Under the pieces are notes generated by a model, which was not told where the DNA came from, made no database searches, and saw only the letters and a list, made by a program, of their open reading frames with translations. From an uncultured Candidatus Bathyarchaeia archaeon (GTDB lineage Archaea; Thermoproteota; Bathyarchaeia; 40CM-2-53-6), in assembly GCA_964598845.1 (NCBI GenBank), contig CAZRDM010000010.1, forward strand, positions 9,431 to 73,430: a DNA stretch of 64,000 bases. Direction: 5' to 3'. Positions 24,729 to 32,775 of the stretch are shown here, one piece after another; positions within the stretch are counted from its first letter, which is position 1; each line of letters opens with the position of its first letter. Position numbers and translations under genes: made by a program.

Positions 24729-25345
24729 TTGGCAAAACCTAAGGCGGGATATCACCCGCGCGTTTGTGTAGTGATACCTTGCAAAGGCGAGGAGGCAGGC
24801 CTCGAAAGAAACATTGTTGCATTACTGAAACAAGACTGTGACAACTATCAGACGATAATCGTGACAGATACAGACCAAGACCGTACATACAGGATCGCCC
24901 AATCAGTTCTCTCTCAGCATCCAAACGCAAGAGCACAAGTGGCAGTTTCGTCTACATATCCGAACGCCAGTGGAAAAGTCGCAGCGATGCTAACCGTACT
25001 CGAACTGTCTTCCTTCCACAGCGTACGGTGGCGAGGTTTAGCGAGAGCAATCTGTTACGACTCCTCAGCTGGGCAACGCGTCAAGTCGTTATTGTCCCAT
25101 GGATCATGACATACTGCATAATTAAGTCGGCTCGAAGGAATGAAATCGAATGGCGAGGTCGAAAATACACGCTGACAGGAACAACCAAATGCTCACCGCG
25201 AAACCTTCCCGAAACTCCTCTTCATGATTGCTTGGCTAGCATACCACACAGTCTAGCAAGCTTGTTCAAGGGAAATCTCCTGTCCGCGGTCACTAGTACA
25301 AACTTCCTTCCAGAACGAAAGATCAATGCGATAATCTTCTCATGA
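24729..25345 (+). pseudogene. Decayed family-2 glycosyltransferase (N-terminal ~95 aa and C-terminal IEWRGRKY segment in different frames, core missing)
   Basis: Frame 1 encodes RVCVVIPCKGEE...LLKQDCDNYQTIIVTDTD...ASGKV (GT2 N-terminus). A second frame encodes LSWATRQV...IEWRGRKYTL (a typical C-terminal segment). The catalytic middle, including the D-x-D region, is absent. Confidence 0.6.
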
Positions 25346-25566
25346 ACTAGAACCGAGTATTGCGCTTTCCCGAAGAACTCAGCTAAATCTTCAGCTTTCT
25401 GAATCGAAACGAGTTTCGCAATGAGATGCGGCGTCTTCTCGAGAGGTTCAATGGGTTCTACGCCCTCCCTCATCCCACCCTCTAAGATCCGACCGCTCCC
25501 GTCAACTAGGGCCGCGAATCGAACCCTCTTGTCAAATTTCATGACCCTGTTGTAAAGTCGCCCCAA
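25222..25566 (-). CDS. Roadblock/LC7 (MglB)-like small protein
   Basis: 114 aa. The pattern VRFAALVDGSGRILEGG... resembles Robl-type domains. The assignment is tentative. Confidence 0.4.
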   Translation of the reverse strand: MGRLYNRVMKFDKRVRFAALVDGSGRILEGGMREGVEPIEPLEKTPHLIAKLVSIQKAEDLAEFFGKAQYSVLVHEKIIALIFRSGRKFVLVTADRRFPLNKLARLCGMLAKQS

Positions 25567-25631
25567 ACTTCCTCTCTGACTATTCTAACTGTTATACAGA
25601 AAGAGCTTACGATGATGCAGGAATGGCTTGG

Positions 25632-27146
25632 TTAGAACTCTGGTATCTCCTCAAGGAGCATCCCTTCAATCGTGACAGGTTTGAGTTTTGCAGTGAGCGA
25701 GAGCGCCTGTTCCAGTTTGGTTTGACGTTCGGCGTAAATGTCCAAAATAGATTCACCTCTCATGACCTTGTGTCCTCTCTTTCCGAACAGCACAAGTCCT
25801 GCACCCTTTTCGTTAGGGGCTCCAGCGGCTCTGGCAATTTGATTGATCGCTGCGTTCGACACGTGAGTCACATAGCCGTCAGCCGGGGCTGTTATGCTCT
25901 GCTTGTGAGACCCTACGTGTACTTGCTCGGATTTGATATTTGGGTCTCCGCCTTGGGCTTCGACGATTTCCTGCATCTTCTTTAGAGAACGACCGCTTCG
26001 AAGTATCTCCTTTGCTAGATCCTGCCCAGCGCCTTTCATTGCCTTACCCGCCATTTCAAGAAGTAAACCAGCCAACGCAGTCGATTTCTCCACTAGACTC
26101 GTCGGTCCAGCACCTTCGAGTGTCTCAAGCGCCTCCTTTGCCTCAAGGCCAGGACCGACTGCATGACCCACGGGCTGACCACCGTACGTCACGCCGCACC
26201 TGATTTTTATGCCCAACTTCGCCCCGAGTTCGAGGAACTTGTTTCCAAGACGCCTCGCTTCTTCCGATGTTAGGACCTTCGCCTCCTCTCCAGTGGGGAT
26301 GTCCAAAACGAGGAAATCTGTCCCAACTGCTAATTTCTTCGCAAGGATGCTTGCCATCATTTGAGGCTCTGGGTCCAGTTGTAGTTGATACTCGACGGTG
26401 ATGAAAGCGTCATCGGCCGGAGCCAAGTTCAATCCGCCACCCCAGACAATCGCTCCATTGACCTTCAAGGCGATTCTTCGCAACTCTTGGGCTGAGAACT
26501 CTACAGGAGCTAAAACACTCATCGTATCGGCGGTTCCGGAGCCGCTCGTGATTGCTCGGCTACTTGTTTTTGGTATTAACAAACCCGCGGATGCAACTAT
26601 CGGAACGATGATCAGGCTAACCTTGTTCCCGGGAACGCCGCCGATCGAGTGTTTATCATAAACTGGTTTGTCGAAATCGATCCTATTGCCGGTCTCAGCT
26701 ATCGCTCTTGTTAGCCAGAGAAGTTCGTCCTCGCCCAATCCATGGTAATGCTCAGCCATGAGAAAAGCTGCCATCTCAACTTGACTGAGATTCCCGTTAA
26801 CTACATCCCTGACTATGGAGTAAACCTCATCGCGATCCAACTTCTTCCCATGCATCTTAGCATGAACATGCTTCACTGAGGCCGGAGGAGCAATGGCTTG
26901 AAGGGCAATCGATTGACCTTCCCCGATCTTCAACTCATCAGCAACAGCCGGCGGCAAGCCGACCTGGCTTGGTTGGACGATGGACTTGGTGATATCCACG
27001 AGAGCTACAGTCACTCTATCATTGCCACCTCGAATTCGAACCCTATCCCACTCAACGACCCCCAATCGCTCAGCGTCCTTGCTGTTCAAGATTACGACTT
27101 TTGTGCCAGCTGAGAGATCAAGGACCCTTGCGTTAAGGTTATACAG
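25632..27146 (-). CDS. deoA: AMP phosphorylase (thymidine phosphorylase family, archaeal type); CTG start proposed
   Basis: HSIGGVPGNK, TSSRAITS, GTADT and LNLAPADD motifs. In-frame sequence upstream of the tracked TTG (27089) encodes YNLNARVLDLSAGTKVVI. This is collinear with the N-terminus I recall for the T. kodakarensis enzyme ([26 protein letters not shown]). Confidence 0.85.
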   Translation of the reverse strand: MYNLNARVLDLSAGTKVVILNSKDAERLGVVEWDRVRIRGGNDRVTVALVDITKSIVQPSQVGLPPAVADELKIGEGQSIALQAIAPPASVKHVHAKMHGKKLDRDEVYSIVRDVVNGNLSQVEMAAFLMAEHYHGLGEDELLWLTRAIAETGNRIDFDKPVYDKHSIGGVPGNKVSLIIVPIVASAGLLIPKTSSRAITSGSGTADTMSVLAPVEFSAQELRRIALKVNGAIVWGGGLNLAPADDAFITVEYQLQLDPEPQMMASILAKKLAVGTDFLVLDIPTGEEAKVLTSEEARRLGNKFLELGAKLGIKIRCGVTYGGQPVGHAVGPGLEAKEALETLEGAGPTSLVEKSTALAGLLLEMAGKAMKGAGQDLAKEILRSGRSLKKMQEIVEAQGGDPNIKSEQVHVGSHKQSITAPADGYVTHVSNAAINQIARAAGAPNEKGAGLVLFGKRGHKVMRGESILDIYAERQTKLEQALSLTAKLKPVTIEGMLLEEIPEF

Positions 27147-27207
27147 AACGGTTTCACCCGCCGGTGTTGGCTACAACGTGCATGGCTTTTAATCTGCGTT
27201 TTGCAAA

Positions 27208-28623
27208 TTGCGGCGGCATTGGGCGGTATCAGGCTTGCAGAATAGCGGCGGAGAATCGCATATCATTCTCGGCTACCTCCAAGACGCGCTCAAGAGAGTC
27301 AACCTCCCATACGCTGATGGTCTGTACGACTACCAGATCGACTTCTCCATCAGGAAGAACAAAGATCGTGAGAACATAGGCGCAAGATCGATCGAGGGAA
27401 GCTCCCTGCGCGCTTTCACGGAGCGAGGATGGGTCTACTCAAATTCAAACAAGACAGATCCGAGAACCATTCGTACGCTTGCGCGTAGAATCATAAGGCA
27501 CGCATCGTCGTCCAAGGTGACGGACAGACTGCGTCTGCCGGAACCCATCAAGATCAACAGGAAAGCACCGGTCAACAGAGACCCTCAAGTGGTTTCGACC
27601 GAGGAGAAACTTCAGAAGATTCGTGAAATCTTCAATCTCGCCAGGAGCATGGACCCACGAATCGTAGATGTCCGCGTTATCTACTCTGAAGTATTGATGG
27701 AGAGGGGGGTGGTGACATCCCATGGAACGGAAGCGCTTCAGATTGTTCCTAGAACACGAATCATCCTGATGGTCATAGTCAAAGAGAATGGTGTGACCGA
27801 ATACGACTCCACACTACTCGGGGGCAGAGTTGGTTTCGAGGTCGTCGAAAACCTAACGGAACAGATAGTTAGAGATACTGTTCAAAGCGCTCTAGAACAA
27901 CTCAAGGCAATCCCCGCTCCTAAGGGACTCCAGAAGGTCATCCTAGATCCGGGAACGGTAGGCACCGTCTGCCATGAATCGTTTGGTCACGGTCTTGAAG
28001 CTGACCAAGTGCTTAGAGGAAGATCATACCTCAAGGATATGTTGGGGAGGAAGGTCGCCTCAGATCTCGTTACGATGTACGAAGATTCAACCGTTGAAGG
28101 TGCTCATGGGAGCTATTACTTTGATGACGATGGCACGGCTTCGAAGAAGAACATCCTCGTTGAGAATGGGAAGCTGGTCAGCTTTCTGCATGACATGGAA
28201 AGCGCGGCCGCCATGAACGCTGAGTTGACATCTAATTCTAGGACGCAAAGCGCTGCGCGTAGACGTTTCATTAGAATGAGCAATACTTACGCGAAACCTG
28301 GCGACTGGTCCCTCGAGGACATCATCAGGGACACGAAGCAGGGAGTGATGATGGTCCATTGGCAATCTGGGATGGAAGACCCTCTTGGCGGAGGAATGCA
28401 GGTCGTTTCGAAGAAGGGCTACCTTGTTGAGAATGGTCATAAGACGAATCCACTGAAATCGATCACCCTGACAGGACGTGTTCTAGAAGTTCTGGGTAAC
28501 GTCGACGCAGTGAGCAAGGAGGGATTCTTAGTTGATTCTGGCAATTGCGGAAAAGGAGCGGAGGATTACGTCCCCGTCGGTGACGGGGGAACGTGGTGGA
28601 GGACGACGGCGGTGATCGCATGA
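27208..28623 (+). CDS. tldD: TldD-family metallopeptidase
   Basis: HESFGHGLEAD (HExxxH) motif and TldD/PmbA-type C-terminal GxC motifs. The start is uncertain (TTG at 27208 or 27235). Confidence 0.8.
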   Translation: MRRHWAVSGLQNSGGESHIILGYLQDALKRVNLPYADGLYDYQIDFSIRKNKDRENIGARSIEGSSLRAFTERGWVYSNSNKTDPRTIRTLARRIIRHASSSKVTDRLRLPEPIKINRKAPVNRDPQVVSTEEKLQKIREIFNLARSMDPRIVDVRVIYSEVLMERGVVTSHGTEALQIVPRTRIILMVIVKENGVTEYDSTLLGGRVGFEVVENLTEQIVRDTVQSALEQLKAIPAPKGLQKVILDPGTVGTVCHESFGHGLEADQVLRGRSYLKDMLGRKVASDLVTMYEDSTVEGAHGSYYFDDDGTASKKNILVENGKLVSFLHDMESAAAMNAELTSNSRTQSAARRRFIRMSNTYAKPGDWSLEDIIRDTKQGVMMVHWQSGMEDPLGGGMQVVSKKGYLVENGHKTNPLKSITLTGRVLEVLGNVDAVSKEGFLVDSGNCGKGAEDYVPVGDGGTWWRTTAVIA

Positions 28624-29969
28624 ATATACCTACAATACTTGACCAAGCCACGCAGACGCAGTGGGAGATTTTCATACAACGGTCCCGGAGAACGGATATA
28701 CAGCTTAGGCAGAGCAAACTGGAGGCGCTGATCGACCAAGAGAACTCAGGCTATGGTATCAGAATCATAGCTCCCCGAGCCGACGGAGCTGGAGTTGGCT
28801 TTGCTTCCTGCAATTCGGAGAAGGAAATCGCAAGCACAGCTACCAAGGCTTACGACCTCGCAAAGGTCAACCGTTCACCTTCCTTCTCGCTTCCTAAGAG
28901 AACGAAACTTCCTAGAGTTCAAACTGTAGACCCGAAGATATGGAGAGATCAAAGTGGTACTGCTGAAGACTATGCCGAAGCAGCGCAGGCATTAATCTCT
29001 GATGAGAAGGAGATTTCGCTAACCTTCGGCAAAGTCAGAACTTACGCTGTTGAGAATGAGGTGATCAACAGTAACGGTTTATCGTATAGCTCGAAGGGAA
29101 CCTACGTTTACTTGGAAATGACTTTCAAGATCGGCACCCGAAGTAACCCCACGGAGTACTGGCCGAATCGGTACGCGAGACGGATCAGCGACGTAGACCC
29201 GGAGAAGATTGTTCCACAATGGATGGGCATAGCGAAGAGCTGTCTAAGGCGACACCCACCTAGAACCAAGGAGACTGCCGTGATCTTCTCTCCGGCAGTA
29301 GTCTGCGATACCTTTCTGCCAGCGATCGGTTTTCATGCGAGCGGCGAGGCGGTAAAGCAGAATCTCTCTCAGTTCGAAAAGGGCGGCAAGGTCGCCTCAG
29401 AAGACTTGACAGTAGTCGACGACGGACTGTATCCCTTCGGACTGCGCACAAATCCATTCGATGATGAAGGCCATCCGCAGCAACGGACCAAGTTGCTTCA
29501 GAATGGCGTATTCCGGAACTACATCTATGACCGACTAAATGCACAGACATTGGGTTTCCATCCAACAGGGAACGGGATTCGAGCGAGAGGTTTCCCAGTT
29601 GACGTTGACGAGCGCTACCAGCTTCCCCCCTCAAATGCGCCAACAAATCTATCGATCAAGCCTGGCACCAAGAGCCTCGAAGATCTCATCAAAGATGTGA
29701 AGGAAGGAATCATAATCTATCAATGCGCATGGATCAATCCCGACGAAATCACTACAAGATTCGGTTCTGAGATAAGAAACGCCCAGGAGATTGTGAATGG
29801 TGAGCTAGGTACCGGGATAGTTGGCGGCACACTCAGCGGCGCAACATTGGACCTCATCCACAAGATATCGGGAATCTCCAACAGAGCAGAGATCGTCTCT
29901 GGATACTCATTCGGTTGCGTAGCCCCTTACATAAGATTCGAAGGTGTCCAAATCTCAGGACCTGCATAA
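28620..29969 (+). CDS. pmbA: PmbA/TldE-family protein
   Basis: TldD/PmbA fold without HExxxH. It is coupled to tldD by an ATGA overlap (28620-28623). Confidence 0.8.
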   Translation: MNIPTILDQATQTQWEIFIQRSRRTDIQLRQSKLEALIDQENSGYGIRIIAPRADGAGVGFASCNSEKEIASTATKAYDLAKVNRSPSFSLPKRTKLPRVQTVDPKIWRDQSGTAEDYAEAAQALISDEKEISLTFGKVRTYAVENEVINSNGLSYSSKGTYVYLEMTFKIGTRSNPTEYWPNRYARRISDVDPEKIVPQWMGIAKSCLRRHPPRTKETAVIFSPAVVCDTFLPAIGFHASGEAVKQNLSQFEKGGKVASEDLTVVDDGLYPFGLRTNPFDDEGHPQQRTKLLQNGVFRNYIYDRLNAQTLGFHPTGNGIRARGFPVDVDERYQLPPSNAPTNLSIKPGTKSLEDLIKDVKEGIIIYQCAWINPDEITTRFGSEIRNAQEIVNGELGTGIVGGTLSGATLDLIHKISGISNRAEIVSGYSFGCVAPYIRFEGVQISGPA

Positions 29970-30330
29970 TACAGAGCCGCTGCCGTTACAGGGTCCACAA
30001 CGGTCAAGCAATCCTCATGAGGAAATCCTGAATCGATGGCACCTGTCGAGGTCTGAGGATCCCGAATACTCGCGAGAATTCTCTAACCGAATGTGCAACT
30101 GTCCGGCAATACTCGCTTGTCGCTTACCAAGAGCAAGGCTCGTAACCATAGAATTGAATGGTAACCACACCGAGTTCAGAGTCGAAACATGAATTTCCTT
30201 ATGGTTGGTTGCTTCAGCATTCTGAAAAAGAGCCGAAGATTCTTCGCTGTTGTGAGTAACTATCGTATGATTGACATAGTCCAAAGCCAAGCCATCTAGT
30301 AACGGAACTCGCAAGAAACGCCTAGGTAGC

Positions 30331-30339
30331 CTTTAATTC
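30331..30339 (+). promoter_or_regulatory. TATA-like element (CTTTAATTC) about 28 nt upstream of the tRNA-Val 5' end
   Basis: An AT-rich box at the canonical archaeal distance from the mature tRNA 5' end. Confidence 0.4.
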
Positions 30340-30362
30340 TGCGGATCAGCAATCGCGGCTTT

Positions 30363-30458
30363 GGGCCGGTCGTCTAGTCTGGTTAGGATACCTGCCTGAC
30401 AGGCAAGCGCAGGAGCGCGGACCGCAGGTGGTCGAGAGTTCAAGTCTCTCCCGGCCCA
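30363..30458 (+). tRNA. tRNA-Val (anticodon GAC) with a ~21-nt intron at or next to position 37/38; no encoded CCA
   Basis: Manual fold: acceptor GGGCCGG/CCGGCCC, D arm GUCU-AGUCUGGUUA-GGAU, anticodon stem CCUGC/GCAGG, loop CUGACA with GAC at 30398-30400. The intron is about 30402-30422 and contains a GCGC-AGGA-GCGC hairpin. Variable loop UGGUC, T arm GAGAG-UUCAAGU-CUCUC, discriminator A. Confidence 0.85.
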
Positions 30459-30754
30459 CTACTCAAGCGCCTGCTTCTCCACTCGAAGAAGAAGTACACG
30501 ATGGTGGCTGCGACCAATATAGACGCAATCGGCATAGTTAGCTCTCTCTCAAACGCCTTCGGCGCAACGAAGTCCCGTTTCGAGATAATGAAGATGGCGT
30601 AGCGTCCGTTCCGGTTGTCCTGCCAGGCAGTGAACACGGCCTCGCCATCAACGGATATTGCTGGTGCAAGTGACAATCCTCTTCCTTCGTGCTGGGAGAG
30701 AGTAATCCGATCCGTCCAATGGTCACCCGCGTCATCGCTTCGCATATAGAACAC
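30440..30754 (-). CDS. Short BNR/Asp-box + TM protein, probably a gene remnant; its 3' end overlaps the tRNA
   Basis: One Asp-box (SDDAGDHW = SxDxGxxW) and a C-terminal TM. An in-frame stop lies 15 codons upstream of the start. The last 6 codons are antisense to the tRNA T-arm and acceptor stem. Confidence 0.3.
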   Translation of the reverse strand: MFYMRSDDAGDHWTDRITLSQHEGRGLSLAPAISVDGEAVFTAWQDNRNGRYAIFIISKRDFVAPKAFERELTMPIASILVAATIVYFFFEWRSRRLSSGPGET

Positions 30755-31008
30755 GTCGGACGACGTCTCCGCTCCGTGTGTCTTACATGCCCTATGGACT
30801 TAGGATGATATTACTCAGTAAGCGAAAAATGTATTACCAGCGTCCAATCGGGCGGAGGCGTTCGATCACGTGCAGGGTATGCAGCCACGATTCAGACTCG
30901 TGCATTTGCTGTCCGGAGGATGGTCACGTTTGTTCAAGAGATTGGGGAGAGCTTGACTGCCCCATCTGCGGCCCCTAGTTCGCCTCGCGCCAGACTGACA
31001 AGACTGCT

Positions 31009-32073
31009 CTAGATTTCTTTGAATAGCATTGAAGCGAGAGAGCGAAGCTGTTCATGGTATGTCTCCGGATAGAGGAATCGTTCGGCCGCAGCAATACTGC
31101 TCAGAAGACTGTTGCCATCTTGAGGCGTAAAGCAGAACCCAAGAAGCTCGTTCCCGTTTCTGACGTACAGGGACGGAAGAACAACGACCGTCTGATTGAG
31201 TATCCGACCGAACCTTCCATGATCTCGACCAAAAGAGAATACGAGACTTGCCATGTCCTTGTAGGTTACCGCGATCCTCGGGTTGTCCATGATTCTTCGC
31301 AGAGTATCCTCCAGTGTCAACCGACCGTTTAGGAGCATGTCGAACCAGATGCAATGCATGTACTGCGAATTCGTCTTGATCGCGCTCGAAAAGAGATTCA
31401 GCTCTATCCCGAGAGTCTTAAAGAGGTAGAAAGCATCTCGAGCATGGTGCGTTCCCCATGGGTCTTCATGTTTGCTAGTTTTGGGGGACGGAACAAAGTC
31501 CTTACTGTCACTAATGTCACTTGCTCTCCTGATGCAGAGAAATTTCCCTTCCTTAAGATTTGGCGACCCATTGTTAAAGGCTAGAGTCTTCAGAATCACA
31601 GCAATGTTATGCGTATTACAGCTCACAATTTGAATGAACTGATCGCTATCACGGAGAGCTTCATCATTGATTCCGTAGGCGTAGGACTTTCCAAATCCAA
31701 ACTCAGAACCCTGCGCCAAGAACCCTCTAACATTCTTCGCATATTTCTCGTAGAACAAGCGCTTGTTAGAAAGCCCATTTCCATCAGGCGTACAATCTAT
31801 TACAACGGACGCCCTCCCTATTGCTTCTTCGTAGTCGTAGGAAGGTTCCATTCCTAACTCGCGAAACTTCTCCCAGTTGCTGCGTTCGGCCGCTAAGCTT
31901 GCACCTCTCTTGATGAGACTCTGCACCTTCGACCTGTCCTCCAACAACGGTGTGCGCTTAGCAAAGGTGACCTCATCTATTCCGAGTTCTTCCTTCATGT
32001 CTGCAAGGATCCCAACCAAGGGTTCTCCGATCGTCCCAGTTCCAACTACGTGTACGATGTTACCGCGCATCAC
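31009..32073 (-). CDS. Type II (archaeal) glyceraldehyde-3-phosphate dehydrogenase-like dehydrogenase (divergent)
   Basis: VHVVGTGTIGEPL Rossmann motif, VVIDCTPDG, and IVSCNTHN (compare archaeal GAPDH VSCNTT), with collinear overall length. It is divergent from ppsA. Confidence 0.6.
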   Translation of the reverse strand: MMRGNIVHVVGTGTIGEPLVGILADMKEELGIDEVTFAKRTPLLEDRSKVQSLIKRGASLAAERSNWEKFRELGMEPSYDYEEAIGRASVVIDCTPDGNGLSNKRLFYEKYAKNVRGFLAQGSEFGFGKSYAYGINDEALRDSDQFIQIVSCNTHNIAVILKTLAFNNGSPNLKEGKFLCIRRASDISDSKDFVPSPKTSKHEDPWGTHHARDAFYLFKTLGIELNLFSSAIKTNSQYMHCIWFDMLLNGRLTLEDTLRRIMDNPRIAVTYKDMASLVFSFGRDHGRFGRILNQTVVVLPSLYVRNGNELLGFCFTPQDGNSLLSSIAAAERFLYPETYHEQLRSLASMLFKEI

Positions 32074-32520
32074 ACGGTTGCCTCAAAACTGCACAGCAAG
32101 TGATATTACCAAAAAGGCTTACGAAGTAATACTTCTCCACCGCGGAAGAGCTTGGTCGTGGCACACGCTTATCACATTGCCTCATCGCCTTGACTTAAGA
32201 GCCTTAGACTTCAGTTCACATGTTTTCTCCAGATGCGTTAGCTTTCTCTCTAACAACCGGCTAGGAGGCAACGAGACGTACTACGGGCACCCTGTACGGG
32301 GAGCAAGCTACATGATCTGGACCTAGGTCATGGCAGAATTCTACCGAGCTCACCTCCCTCCGTGCTCTCCGCATATACCAACCGGGACAGGGAGGCCAAG
32401 TCGTGTCATCGGAAACCTAATCGGGGACTCTCTTACTTTGCGAGTCGAGATTGTCATGGACAGACTTTACGTCTAAAGCGGCGTGGGCCTTCGAGCCACC
32501 CATCAACTCTGTTAGAACAT

Positions 32521-32538
32521 CTTTCAATTGATTGAAAG
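32521..32538. promoter_or_regulatory. Inverted repeat CTTTCAAT-TG-ATTGAAAG in the long ppsA upstream region
   Basis: Perfect 8-bp arms with a 2-nt spacer. The spacer is too short for a hairpin loop, so this is more likely a dimeric-protein binding site. Confidence 0.3.
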
Positions 32539-32775
32539 CTCGTCGATTCGCCTCAGATTAACTGAATGCTCTCCGATGTGTCGGAGGAACCTTCAGGGGA
32601 CAGTTAATGGTGTTTTACTTGATAGCCGGCACGCTACGGAAGAGCGATTCCATCTTATTGGGGCCCCGGCGACCCATCGTAAGGGAATGTAATTATCGTA
32701 GGTAGACAAATATTACTTGTAAGTGCGATTTCGAATGTAAAGTGATACTCTGTCGCGGGAGAGTTGATTTGAACC

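Noticed and set aside
30363-30458. Alternative reading of the tRNA as a class II tRNA with a long variable arm, using the first GCAGG.
   Set aside because: It would require a 13-nt anticodon loop. The intron model gives a canonical cloverleaf with a 7-nt loop and a 5-nt variable region.
32100-32747. GTGATA/TATCAC hexamers reminiscent of the Thermococcales glycolytic motif (TATCAC-N5-GTGATA) near gluconeogenic genes.
   Set aside because: Only isolated half-sites are present and none has the N5 inverted-repeat arrangement. The motif is defined for a different lineage. I note the hexamers under the intergenic finding but do not call them a site.
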